36,515 bases of DNA from an uncultured Akkermansia sp. (GTDB lineage Bacteria; Verrucomicrobiota; Verrucomicrobiia; Verrucomicrobiales; V1-33), in contig CAZYHO010000002.1 in NCBI GenBank assembly GCA_964647495.1, positions 1 to 36,515 on the forward strand, given 5' to 3'. The translations under genes were made by a program, and so were the position numbers. Below the pieces are notes generated by a model. The model was not told the origin of the DNA. It ran no database searches and saw nothing but the letters and a program-made list of their open reading frames with translations. Positions within the stretch are counted from its first letter, which is position 1, and each line of letters starts with the position of its first letter. Of this stretch, positions 9,971-17,061 are shown piece after piece.

Positions 9971-10006
9971 GATCAGACGGATCAGACAGATCAGACAGAC
10001 AGCACC
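9971..10006. repeat. tandem 9-mer array GATCAGAC(G/A) x3 plus one degenerate unit
   Basis: The units read GATCAGACG GATCAGACA GATCAGACA GACAGCACC. GATC sites lie at 9971, 9980 and 9989. The reverse complement (GTCTGATCC/TGTCTGATC) is the unit of the larger array at 23898..23996. The array sits in the 108-nt rpsQ-rplN spacer. Confidence 0.8.
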
Positions 10007-10060
10007 TGGCCGGCCCCATGCCGGCATCCCCACTTTCACCCTGCTTAGGAGGAACCACTC

Positions 10061-10429
10061 ATGATTCAAATGCGCAGCCGCCTTGTGGTGGCCGACAACA
10101 CCGGAGCCAAGATGGCCAAGATGATTGGCGTCATCGGCAAACCGACGCGCTTCGCCCACGTCGGCGACGTGATCACCTGCAACGTGCGCGAAGCCTCGCC
10201 CACCGGCAGCGTGAAAAAAGGCGATGTCGTCACGGCCGTGGTCGTGCGCACCCGCCAGCCGGTGCGGCGCGCGGACGGATCCTATCTTCGCTTCGACCAC
10301 AACGCCGTCGTCATCATCGAGAAAAAAGACCAGAACCCGAAGGGCACGCGCATCTTCGGCCCGGTCGCGCGCGAACTGCGCGAAAAGAACTTCATGAAGA
10401 TCGTCTCACTCGCACCGGAGGTCCTCTAA
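10061..10429 (+). CDS. rplN: 50S ribosomal protein L14
   Basis: [14 protein letters not shown]......VIG.......GD.I...V.EA.P.G.VKKGDVV.AVVVRT.....R.DGS.LRFD.NA.V.I......[15 protein letters not shown], canonical L14. TAGGAGGA Shine-Dalgarno at 10046-10053. Confidence 0.97.
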   Translation: MIQMRSRLVVADNTGAKMAKMIGVIGKPTRFAHVGDVITCNVREASPTGSVKKGDVVTAVVVRTRQPVRRADGSYLRFDHNAVVIIEKKDQNPKGTRIFGPVARELREKNFMKIVSLAPEVL

Positions 10430-10433
10430 AGCC

Positions 10434-10766
10434 ATGAGCCGCATCAAAACACATGTCCGCAAGGGCGACCTCGTCGAGGTCGTCGCCGGCGCCCAGCTCT
10501 ACGAATACGAAGAACAAAAGCACGGCGACCACCTGCACGTCATCAAATCGAAGCGCTCGCCCGAGGATTGCCGCGGCCGCGTGCTCGCCGTCTTCCCGTC
10601 CAAAAACCAGGTCATCGTCGAAGGGCTGCGCATGATCAAGAAGCACCAGCGCAAGACGCCGCAGTTCCCCGATGGCGGCATCATCGAACGCGAAGGCCCG
10701 ATCCACATTTCCAACGTCCGTCTCGTCGACAAGGCGGCCAAATCGGCCGTCAAGGGAAAGAAGTAG
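10434..10766 (+). CDS. rplX: 50S ribosomal protein L24 (with an internal insertion)
   Basis: KOW-type start ([12 protein letters not shown]) and a conserved C-terminal half (VIVEG...IKKHQ.....P.GGIIE.E.PIH.SNV). About 22 extra residues (aa ~19-46) sit where E. coli L24 has KDKGKR. Confidence 0.9.
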   Translation: MSRIKTHVRKGDLVEVVAGAQLYEYEEQKHGDHLHVIKSKRSPEDCRGRVLAVFPSKNQVIVEGLRMIKKHQRKTPQFPDGGIIEREGPIHISNVRLVDKAAKSAVKGKK

Positions 10767-10781
10767 CAACCGCCGTCCGCC

Positions 10782-11375
10782 ATGGTCCCCGTACCCGCAC
10801 TGAAAAAACATTATCAGGAGATCGCCGCTCCCGCCCTGCGCGAGAAGCTCGGCCTCAAGAACGTCCACCAGATCCCCCGGATCGAGAAGGTGGTCATCAA
10901 CTGCTCCGTGGGCAGGGAGGCCGATCGCAAGGTGGCCGTCGAGGACGCCGCTGCCGACATCGCCAGGATCACCGGCCAGAAGCCGGTCATCACCAAGGCC
11001 AAACTCGCCATCTCGAACTTCAAACTGCGCGCCGGAGAGCCGGTCGGCGTCAAGGTCACCCTGCGCGGGCGCCTGATGTACGAATTCCTCGAACGCCTCA
11101 TCAAGCTGGCCATCCCGGTCATCCGCGACTTCCGCGGCGTGGCGACGCGCGCTTTCGACGGCCGCGGCAACTACACGCTCGGCATCAAGGACCACACCAT
11201 CTTCCCGGAGATCGAGCTGGACAAGATCAAGCGCAACCTCGGGTTCGACATCTGCATCGTCACCACCGCGCGCAACGACAACGAAGCCCGAGAACTGCTC
11301 CGCGCGCTGGGCATGCCGTTCCGCCGCAACCCGAACGAAGGCCAGCCATCCGCCCAGTCCCAGCAGGCCGCCTGA
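10782..11375 (+). CDS. rplE: 50S ribosomal protein L5
   Basis: LKK.Y.....P.L.EKLG.KNVHQIPRIEKVVIN..VG, IT.GQKPV.TKAK..I..FKLR.G.PVG.KVTLRG..MYEFL.RLI..A.P..RDFRG and GRGNYTLGI.....FPEI..D. Confidence 0.96.
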   Translation: MVPVPALKKHYQEIAAPALREKLGLKNVHQIPRIEKVVINCSVGREADRKVAVEDAAADIARITGQKPVITKAKLAISNFKLRAGEPVGVKVTLRGRLMYEFLERLIKLAIPVIRDFRGVATRAFDGRGNYTLGIKDHTIFPEIELDKIKRNLGFDICIVTTARNDNEARELLRALGMPFRRNPNEGQPSAQSQQAA

Positions 11376-11400
11376 GCCCGCGCCCACACTTTTTATCGTC

Positions 11401-11799
11401 ATGGCCACACTGACCGACCCCATCGCCGATTTCCTCGCCCGCCTGAAGAATTCCGTGCGCGCCCGCCAGGAAAAATTCGAGGCGCCCTACTCCCGCATCA
11501 AGGCGGACATCGCCCGCATTCTCCAGGAAGAGGGATTCATCTGGAATTACGAGGTCGCGGCCGTCGATGGCCGCCAGCGCCTCGTCGTCACCAACCGGTT
11601 CGAGGGCAAGACGCCGGCCCTGACCGACCTGCGCCGCGTCAGCAAGCCGGGCCGCCGCCGGTACATCGGCGCCCGGGACGTGCCGAAAGTTATCAAAGGA
11701 TTCGGCATCGCCATTTTGTCCACACCCAAGGGCATTCTTTCCGGAGCCAAAGCCCGCCGCGCCAATGTCGGCGGCGAGTATCTGGCCGAGGTCTGGTAA
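11401..11799 (+). CDS. rpsH: 30S ribosomal protein S8
   Basis: DPIAD.L.R.KN...A......P.S..K..IA.IL..EGFI, then RRY......P.V..G.GIAILSTPKGI.S...AR...VGGE.L.EVW. Confidence 0.96.
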   Translation: MATLTDPIADFLARLKNSVRARQEKFEAPYSRIKADIARILQEEGFIWNYEVAAVDGRQRLVVTNRFEGKTPALTDLRRVSKPGRRRYIGARDVPKVIKGFGIAILSTPKGILSGAKARRANVGGEYLAEVW

Positions 11800-11826
11800 C
11801 CCGCCGCCGCCACATCCGATCACATC

Positions 11827-12366
11827 ATGTCACGAGTTGGAAACAAAGCCATCGTCCTGCCGTCCAAAGTCACCGTGAAAACGGGCGACGCCGGCCAGGT
11901 GACCGTCGAAGGACCCAAGGGCAAGCTCGAATGGACCGTGCCCACCGGCGTCACCGTCGAGGTGCGGTCCGGTGACCTGGCGGTGCGCCGCAGCGCCGAC
12001 GACCGCCGGGCGCGGGCGATGCATGGCACGGCACGCGCGATTCTCAACAACCTCGTGCGCGGTGTGAGCGAAGGCTTTGCCAAAGACCTGGAGATTCAAG
12101 GCACCGGCTTCCGCGCCGCCGTCAAAGGGACGAACCTCGACCTGAGCGTCGGCAAGAGCCATCCGGTCGTTCACCCGATACCGCCGACGCTCAAAGTCAC
12201 GGTGTCCGAAAACACGAAAATCCGGGTCGAGGGGATCGACCGGCAGTTGGTCGGGCAGTTTGCGGCCGACGTGCGCGCGTACTACCCGCCGGAGCCGTAC
12301 AAGGGCAAGGGAATCCGGTACGCGGGCGAGCATGTTCGCCGCAAGGCCGGCAAGAGCGTTCAATAA
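11827..12366 (+). CDS. rplF: 50S ribosomal protein L6
   Basis: MSRVG.K.I.LP..V.V......V.V.GPKG.L, then HG..RA...N.V.GVS.GF.K.LEI.G.G.RA and PPEPYKGKGIRY.GE.VRRK.GK. Confidence 0.95.
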   Translation: MSRVGNKAIVLPSKVTVKTGDAGQVTVEGPKGKLEWTVPTGVTVEVRSGDLAVRRSADDRRARAMHGTARAILNNLVRGVSEGFAKDLEIQGTGFRAAVKGTNLDLSVGKSHPVVHPIPPTLKVTVSENTKIRVEGIDRQLVGQFAADVRAYYPPEPYKGKGIRYAGEHVRRKAGKSVQ

Positions 12367-12387
12367 CCCATTTACCACGAGCAGACC

Positions 12388-12744
12388 ATGTCACAGTATA
12401 TCCGCAAGACCGCCCGCCGTGTGGTGCATCGCCGTGTCCGGAAAAAGGTTTCCGGCACCACGGAGCGCCCGCGCCTGGCCGTCCATTTTTCGGGCCAGCA
12501 TGTGTATGCCCAGGTGATCGATGACACCAAGGGCATCACGCTGGCGGCGGCCTCGACCATGGAGAAAGACAGCGGCCTCAAAGGGGCGAATGTGGCCTCG
12601 GCGTCCAGGATCGGCGAGTTGATCGCCGAGCGGGCGAAGGCCCGGAATGTGGACGCGGTGGTGTTTGACCGCGGCGGGTTCACGTTCCATGGAAAGGTGA
12701 AGGCGCTGGCAGAGGCGGCGCGCACCGGAGGTCTGAAGTTTTAG
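12388..12744 (+). CDS. rplR: 50S ribosomal protein L18
   Basis: RRV.KK..GT.ERPRL.V..S..H.YAQVIDD..G.TLAAAST, then A..IG..IAERA.A......VFDRGG...[14 protein letters not shown]. Confidence 0.94.
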   Translation: MSQYIRKTARRVVHRRVRKKVSGTTERPRLAVHFSGQHVYAQVIDDTKGITLAAASTMEKDSGLKGANVASASRIGELIAERAKARNVDAVVFDRGGFTFHGKVKALAEAARTGGLKF

Positions 12745-12786
12745 CCCGAGTCCGACACACCCTCGATCCCTATATCCATTTTGAGA

Positions 12787-13323
12787 ATGAGAAATCAACG
12801 GAACACCCGCGAACCGGAGCGCAACGCCGACCAGGGCGATGGGCCGCAGTTTTCGGACAAGGTCGTCTTCATCAACCGCTGTGCGAAAGTGGTGAAGGGC
12901 GGCCGCCGCTTCAGCTTCAGCGCGCTCGTGGTCTCCGGAGACCGTTCGGGCCGCGTCGGCTTCGGCTTCGGCAAGGCGAACGAGGTGTCCGACGCGATCA
13001 AGAAGGCGACCGAGGCCGCGAAGAAAGAATTGCAATCGGTGGCCCTCCGCGAACACACGATCCCGCATGAGACGTACGGCGAATTCGGCGGCGGAAAGGT
13101 GCTGCTCAAACCCGCCAGCGCCGGCACCGGCATCATCGCCGGCGGCGGCGTGCGCGCTGTGCTGGAAGCCGCGGGCGTGAAAGATGTGCTCGCCAAGAGC
13201 CTCGGATCCAAAAACCACGCGAACGTCGTCAAAGCCACCCTTGCCGCCCTGGTCAAGCTCCGTCATCGCGACGTGATCTACAAGGCGCGCGGCAAGCGAC
13301 TGCCCGAACAGCAGGCGCTCTAG
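12787..13323 (+). CDS. rpsE: 30S ribosomal protein S5
   Basis: [36 protein letters not shown]...AKK, then [34 protein letters not shown] at 12787 chosen; the track ORF begins at an in-frame TTG at 12781, so the start is uncertain by 2 codons. Confidence 0.95.
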   Translation: MRNQRNTREPERNADQGDGPQFSDKVVFINRCAKVVKGGRRFSFSALVVSGDRSGRVGFGFGKANEVSDAIKKATEAAKKELQSVALREHTIPHETYGEFGGGKVLLKPASAGTGIIAGGGVRAVLEAAGVKDVLAKSLGSKNHANVVKATLAALVKLRHRDVIYKARGKRLPEQQAL

Positions 13324-13436
13324 CCGGCGCCCGCTTTCCCGCCGGGCCTCTCCGCGCCACCCGCCGGGTTCCTCCTCCGCCATCGACTCCCGCAATTTCT
13401 TTTCCCTCCCCGATCCACCATCACCGATTCATCGTT

Positions 13437-13892
13437 ATGAGACTCCATGAACTGGCGCCCCGCCCCGGGGCCAAACACCGCCGGAAACGCCTCGGCTGTG
13501 GCGAGAGTTCCGGGCACGGCAAGACCTCGGGCCGCGGCCACAAGGGACAGAAGGCGCGCGCCGGCGCGGCCATCCGGCTCGGGTTCGAAGGCGGCCAGAT
13601 GCCGCTGTACCGCCGCGTTCCGGGCAAGGGGTTCAACAACGCGCGCTTCGCCACCAACCATGCCATCGTGAACGTCGCCACGCTGGAGGAACGGTTCGAG
13701 GCCGGCGCCGAGATCGACGAGCTTGCCCTGCGTGAAGCCGGCGTCCTGCGCGGCCGCTGGGATGGCGTGAAGATTCTCGGCCAGGGTGATCTCACCAAGT
13801 CATTCAAGGTTTCCGTGGCCGCGGTGAGCGCCTCGGCCCGTGAGAAAATCGAAAAGGCCGGTGGATCGGTGACCGTAACCACCGCCGCCTGA
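13437..13892 (+). CDS. rplO: 50S ribosomal protein L15
   Basis: M.L.EL.P.PGA....KR.G.G..SG.GKT.GRG.KGQKAR.G......FEGGQMPL.RR.PK.GF.N. Confidence 0.94.
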   Translation: MRLHELAPRPGAKHRRKRLGCGESSGHGKTSGRGHKGQKARAGAAIRLGFEGGQMPLYRRVPGKGFNNARFATNHAIVNVATLEERFEAGAEIDELALREAGVLRGRWDGVKILGQGDLTKSFKVSVAAVSASAREKIEKAGGSVTVTTAA

Positions 13893-13936
13893 GCGGTCCG
13901 CCGCGCCCCTTGGGTGAACCAGTCCCCCGTGACTCC

Positions 13937-15451
13937 ATGATTTCGGCCTTCGCCAATTCCTTCAAGATTCCCGACCTCCGCAAGCGCATCTTCTTCACGC
14001 TGATGATGCTGGTGGTCGTCCAGATCGGGACGCACATTCCGCTTCCGGGGATCGATCCGGTGGTCGTGCACGAGTGGGTCGAGTTCAGCAAGGAGCAGGC
14101 AGCCAAGGGCGGGGGAGGCGCGGCCGCATTCGCGCAACTGCTCAACGTCTTCAGCGGCGGCGGCCTCACGAAGTGCGCCGTCTTCGCGCTCGGCATCATG
14201 CCGTACATCAGCGCCAGCATCATGATGCAGTTGATGACGGCGGTCGTTCCGCGTCTCAGCAAACTGGCCAAGGAGGAGGGTGGCCGCCAGAAAATCACCC
14301 AGATTACCCGGTACCTCGCCATCGCGCTCTGCCTGGTCCAGGGCTGGATGATGATCAGCGGGCTGCTCAATCCGGCCCAGAACCCGCTGCTGCCGCAGCT
14401 CGACGAATTCCTCCGGCAGACGCGGCATGTGCTCATCCCGCATCCCGGCCTGCAATTCCACATTATCGCCGTGCTCACCATGACCGCGGGATCGATGCTC
14501 CTCATGTGGATGGGCGACCAGATCACCGAGCGCGGCGTGGGCAACGGCATGTCCCTCATCATTTCCGCCAACATCCTCACCGCCCTGCCCGGCGCCCTGG
14601 TCCAGGTCTGGAAAACATACATCACCGGCGATCAGGACACCGCGCTCAAGGCGCTCGGCCTCGTCCTCCTGCTCGCCCTGCTCCTCGCCGTCATCGCAGG
14701 TGTGGTCGCCATCACTCAGGCCGCCCGCCGCGTCAGCATCCAGTACGCCAAACGCCAGATGGGCCGCAAGGTGGTCGGCGGCCAGTCGACGTATCTGCCG
14801 CTCAAAATCAATTATTCGGGCGTCATGCCGATCATTTTCGCGCAGGCGATCATCATTTTCCCGACGTGGATCCTGTCGTCCATCGCGCAGGGCAAAACGT
14901 GGGGCGCGAACCTCCAGAACATCTTCTCCACCACGAGCGTCTGGTATTACGTGCTCGACGCACTGCTCATCTTCTTCTTCAGCTACTTCTGGGTGGCCAC
15001 GATGTTCCAGCCGACCCAGATCGCCGAAGACCTGAAGAAAAACGGCGGCTACATCCCCGGCGTCCGCCCGGGCAAACCGACCGCCGATTTCCTCGACTAC
15101 ACGATGAGCCGCCTCACGTTCGCGGGCGCCATCTTCCTGGTCGTCATCGCGCTGCTCCCGACGCTCATCGCCAACTGGGCAAAAGTCCCCTACACCGTCT
15201 CCCAGTTCTTCGGCGGCACCAGCCTGCTCATCCTTGTCGGCGTGCTGCTCGACATGATGCGCCAGATCGAAACCCACCTGATCAAGAAGCACTACGACGG
15301 CTTCCTCCGCAAAGGACGGATCCGCGGACGCTTCGAACGGCAGGCGACCGGTGGCGGCGGTCTGGCGGGCGCGAATCTCACGTGGCTGATGGTGATTTGT
15401 GCGGTCATGGTCATCGCGGCCGCCGTCTTCGCCTTCAGCGGCCTGAAATAA
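13937..15451 (+). CDS. secY: preprotein translocase subunit SecY (with extra C-terminal hydrophobic segment)
   Basis: Start taken at the ATG giving MISAFANSFKIPDLRKRIFFTL (typical SecY N-terminus); the track ORF starts at a TTG 27 nt upstream. Motifs FALGIMPYISASI..QL and GGQSTYLPLK.N.SGV.P.IFA..I. Position after rplO. Confidence 0.95.
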   Translation: MISAFANSFKIPDLRKRIFFTLMMLVVVQIGTHIPLPGIDPVVVHEWVEFSKEQAAKGGGGAAAFAQLLNVFSGGGLTKCAVFALGIMPYISASIMMQLMTAVVPRLSKLAKEEGGRQKITQITRYLAIALCLVQGWMMISGLLNPAQNPLLPQLDEFLRQTRHVLIPHPGLQFHIIAVLTMTAGSMLLMWMGDQITERGVGNGMSLIISANILTALPGALVQVWKTYITGDQDTALKALGLVLLLALLLAVIAGVVAITQAARRVSIQYAKRQMGRKVVGGQSTYLPLKINYSGVMPIIFAQAIIIFPTWILSSIAQGKTWGANLQNIFSTTSVWYYVLDALLIFFFSYFWVATMFQPTQIAEDLKKNGGYIPGVRPGKPTADFLDYTMSRLTFAGAIFLVVIALLPTLIANWAKVPYTVSQFFGGTSLLILVGVLLDMMRQIETHLIKKHYDGFLRKGRIRGRFERQATGGGGLAGANLTWLMVICAVMVIAAAVFAFSGLK

Positions 15452-15508
15452 GCTGTACCCGCGTGCTCCGGTCCCGGTGCTGCCGGCCGGCGAGCGCACC
15501 GATTCGCT

Positions 15509-16339
15509 GTGATTCATTTGCGTCAGGGAAGAGAACTCGATGCGATGCGGCGCGCCGGCCGCACCGCTGCCGAAGTGCTGCGCCTGACCGCCGCCGAAAT
15601 CAAGCCGGGCCGATCGACCGCCGAGATCGACCGCTTCGCCGCCGATCTGATCCGCGAACGGGGATGCACGAGCGCCTTCCTCGGGTACCGCAAATTCCCC
15701 GGCAACATCTGCATTTCGCTCAACGACGAGGTCGTGCACGGCATCGGGCGCGCCTCGCGCCTCATCCGCGACGGTGACATCGTCAAGATCGACGTCGGCA
15801 TTTACCAGGACGGCTGGGTCGGCGACAACGCCGTCACCGTGCCGGTCGGCGAGGTCAGCCCGCCAACGTGGACCCTGCTCCAGTCGACCGAAGACGCGCT
15901 GGACGCCGCCATCGCGCTCGCCCGCCACAACGGCAGCCTGCGCGACCTCTGCGGCGCGGTGGAAAAACTCGTCACCCGCCGAGGCTTCTCCGTCGTCCGG
16001 CAGTTCGTCGGGCACGGCGTCGGCCGCCGTCTCCACGAGGAGCCGCAGGTTCCGAACTGGGCCGACCCGTCCATCCGCACCAAGCTCAAGGCCGGCATGA
16101 TCCTCGCGATCGAACCGATGATCAACGCCGGACGCGGCCAGACGCGCACGCTGGCCGACAACTGGACTGCCGTCACCGTGGATGGCAAACCGAGCGCGCA
16201 CTTCGAGCACACTGTGCTCATCACCCACGGCGATCCGGAAATCCTCACGCCGCGCGCCCGCCTCACCGCGTCCGCGCCCGCACAGGCCGTCGCCGCCACC
16301 TCGCAGGATCCCGTGCCGCAAGGCGTTTTCGCCGTCTGA
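15509..16339 (+). CDS. map: type I methionine aminopeptidase
   Basis: GTG start. Motifs MRRAGR, F.GYR.FP....IS.N.EVVHGI, D.VKIDVG......W.GD.A.T..VG, F.GHG.G...HE.P.V.N, LAIEPM...G and H.EHTV.IT supply the five metal ligands expected for MetAP. Confidence 0.95.
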   Translation: MIHLRQGRELDAMRRAGRTAAEVLRLTAAEIKPGRSTAEIDRFAADLIRERGCTSAFLGYRKFPGNICISLNDEVVHGIGRASRLIRDGDIVKIDVGIYQDGWVGDNAVTVPVGEVSPPTWTLLQSTEDALDAAIALARHNGSLRDLCGAVEKLVTRRGFSVVRQFVGHGVGRRLHEEPQVPNWADPSIRTKLKAGMILAIEPMINAGRGQTRTLADNWTAVTVDGKPSAHFEHTVLITHGDPEILTPRARLTASAPAQAVAATSQDPVPQGVFAV

Positions 16340-16373
16340 GGCGCCCGCCATTCCCCGCTTGGCCGCCGCCGGA

Positions 16374-16961
16374 ATGATCGCCATACTGCCACCCGTGACC
16401 GTGGCCAATCAAATCACCCTGGCGCGCATCCTCCTCATCCCGGTCTTCGTTGCCTTCGCGCTTTATTACGGCCGGAGCTGCGCCCACGGCGCGCCGGTCG
16501 ACGCCTGGCGCTGGGCCGCCGCCGGCACGTTCGTCCTGGCCGCCGCGACCGACGGCATCGACGGCTGGGTCGCCCGCCGCTTCAACCAGCGCAGCCGCCT
16601 CGGCAGCATCCTCGATCCGATCGCCGACAAAGGTCTGCTCCTCACCGCGCTCGTCACGCTCACGTTCTCCCAGTGGCCGGAAAAATTTCCGCTCTGGTTC
16701 CTCATCCTCGTCATCGCCCGCGACGCGCTCGCCATCGGCGGCGCCCTGCTCCTCGGCCAGATGGCCGGCCTCCGCGAACTCACCCCGCACTGGACCGGCA
16801 AAGTGGCCACCGTCGCCCAGATGACCGCCGTCGGCTCGCTCATGCTGCAATTCCCCCAACCCTGGACGCACGGCGCCATCTGGCTCGCCGCCGCCTTCAC
16901 CCTCGCCTCCGGCATCGTCTATCTCACCGTCTGCCTGCGCATGCTCGCCCACGTCGAGTAA
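16374..16961 (+). CDS. pgsA: CDP-alcohol phosphatidyltransferase, probably CDP-diacylglycerol--glycerol-3-phosphate 3-phosphatidyltransferase
   Basis: In-frame ATG at 16374 of track ORF 16182..16961. NQITLARILLIPVF start and the family motif DGIDGWVARRFNQRSRLGSILDPIADK (D-G-x2-A-R-x8-G-x3-D-x3-D). Several hydrophobic helices. Confidence 0.85.
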   Translation: MIAILPPVTVANQITLARILLIPVFVAFALYYGRSCAHGAPVDAWRWAAAGTFVLAAATDGIDGWVARRFNQRSRLGSILDPIADKGLLLTALVTLTFSQWPEKFPLWFLILVIARDALAIGGALLLGQMAGLRELTPHWTGKVATVAQMTAVGSLMLQFPQPWTHGAIWLAAAFTLASGIVYLTVCLRMLAHVE

Positions 16962-17061
16962 GCCACAAGAGCGCGACCAAGACCACGGAGTACGCGGATC
17001 GTTGAGGGGCTGTGGAGCGGAGGATTTCGACAAACTGCTTCACCAGCGGCTGGCTGAAGAT

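Noticed and set aside
8153-10300. 715-aa minus-strand ORF spanning rpsC-rplN
   Set aside because: Same reasoning: it is antisense to five r-protein genes and has no family-like motifs.
13421-16408. 995-aa minus-strand ORF spanning rplO-secY-map
   Set aside because: It is antisense to three confidently identified genes. Its length merely reflects the rarity of stop codons in GC-rich antisense frames.
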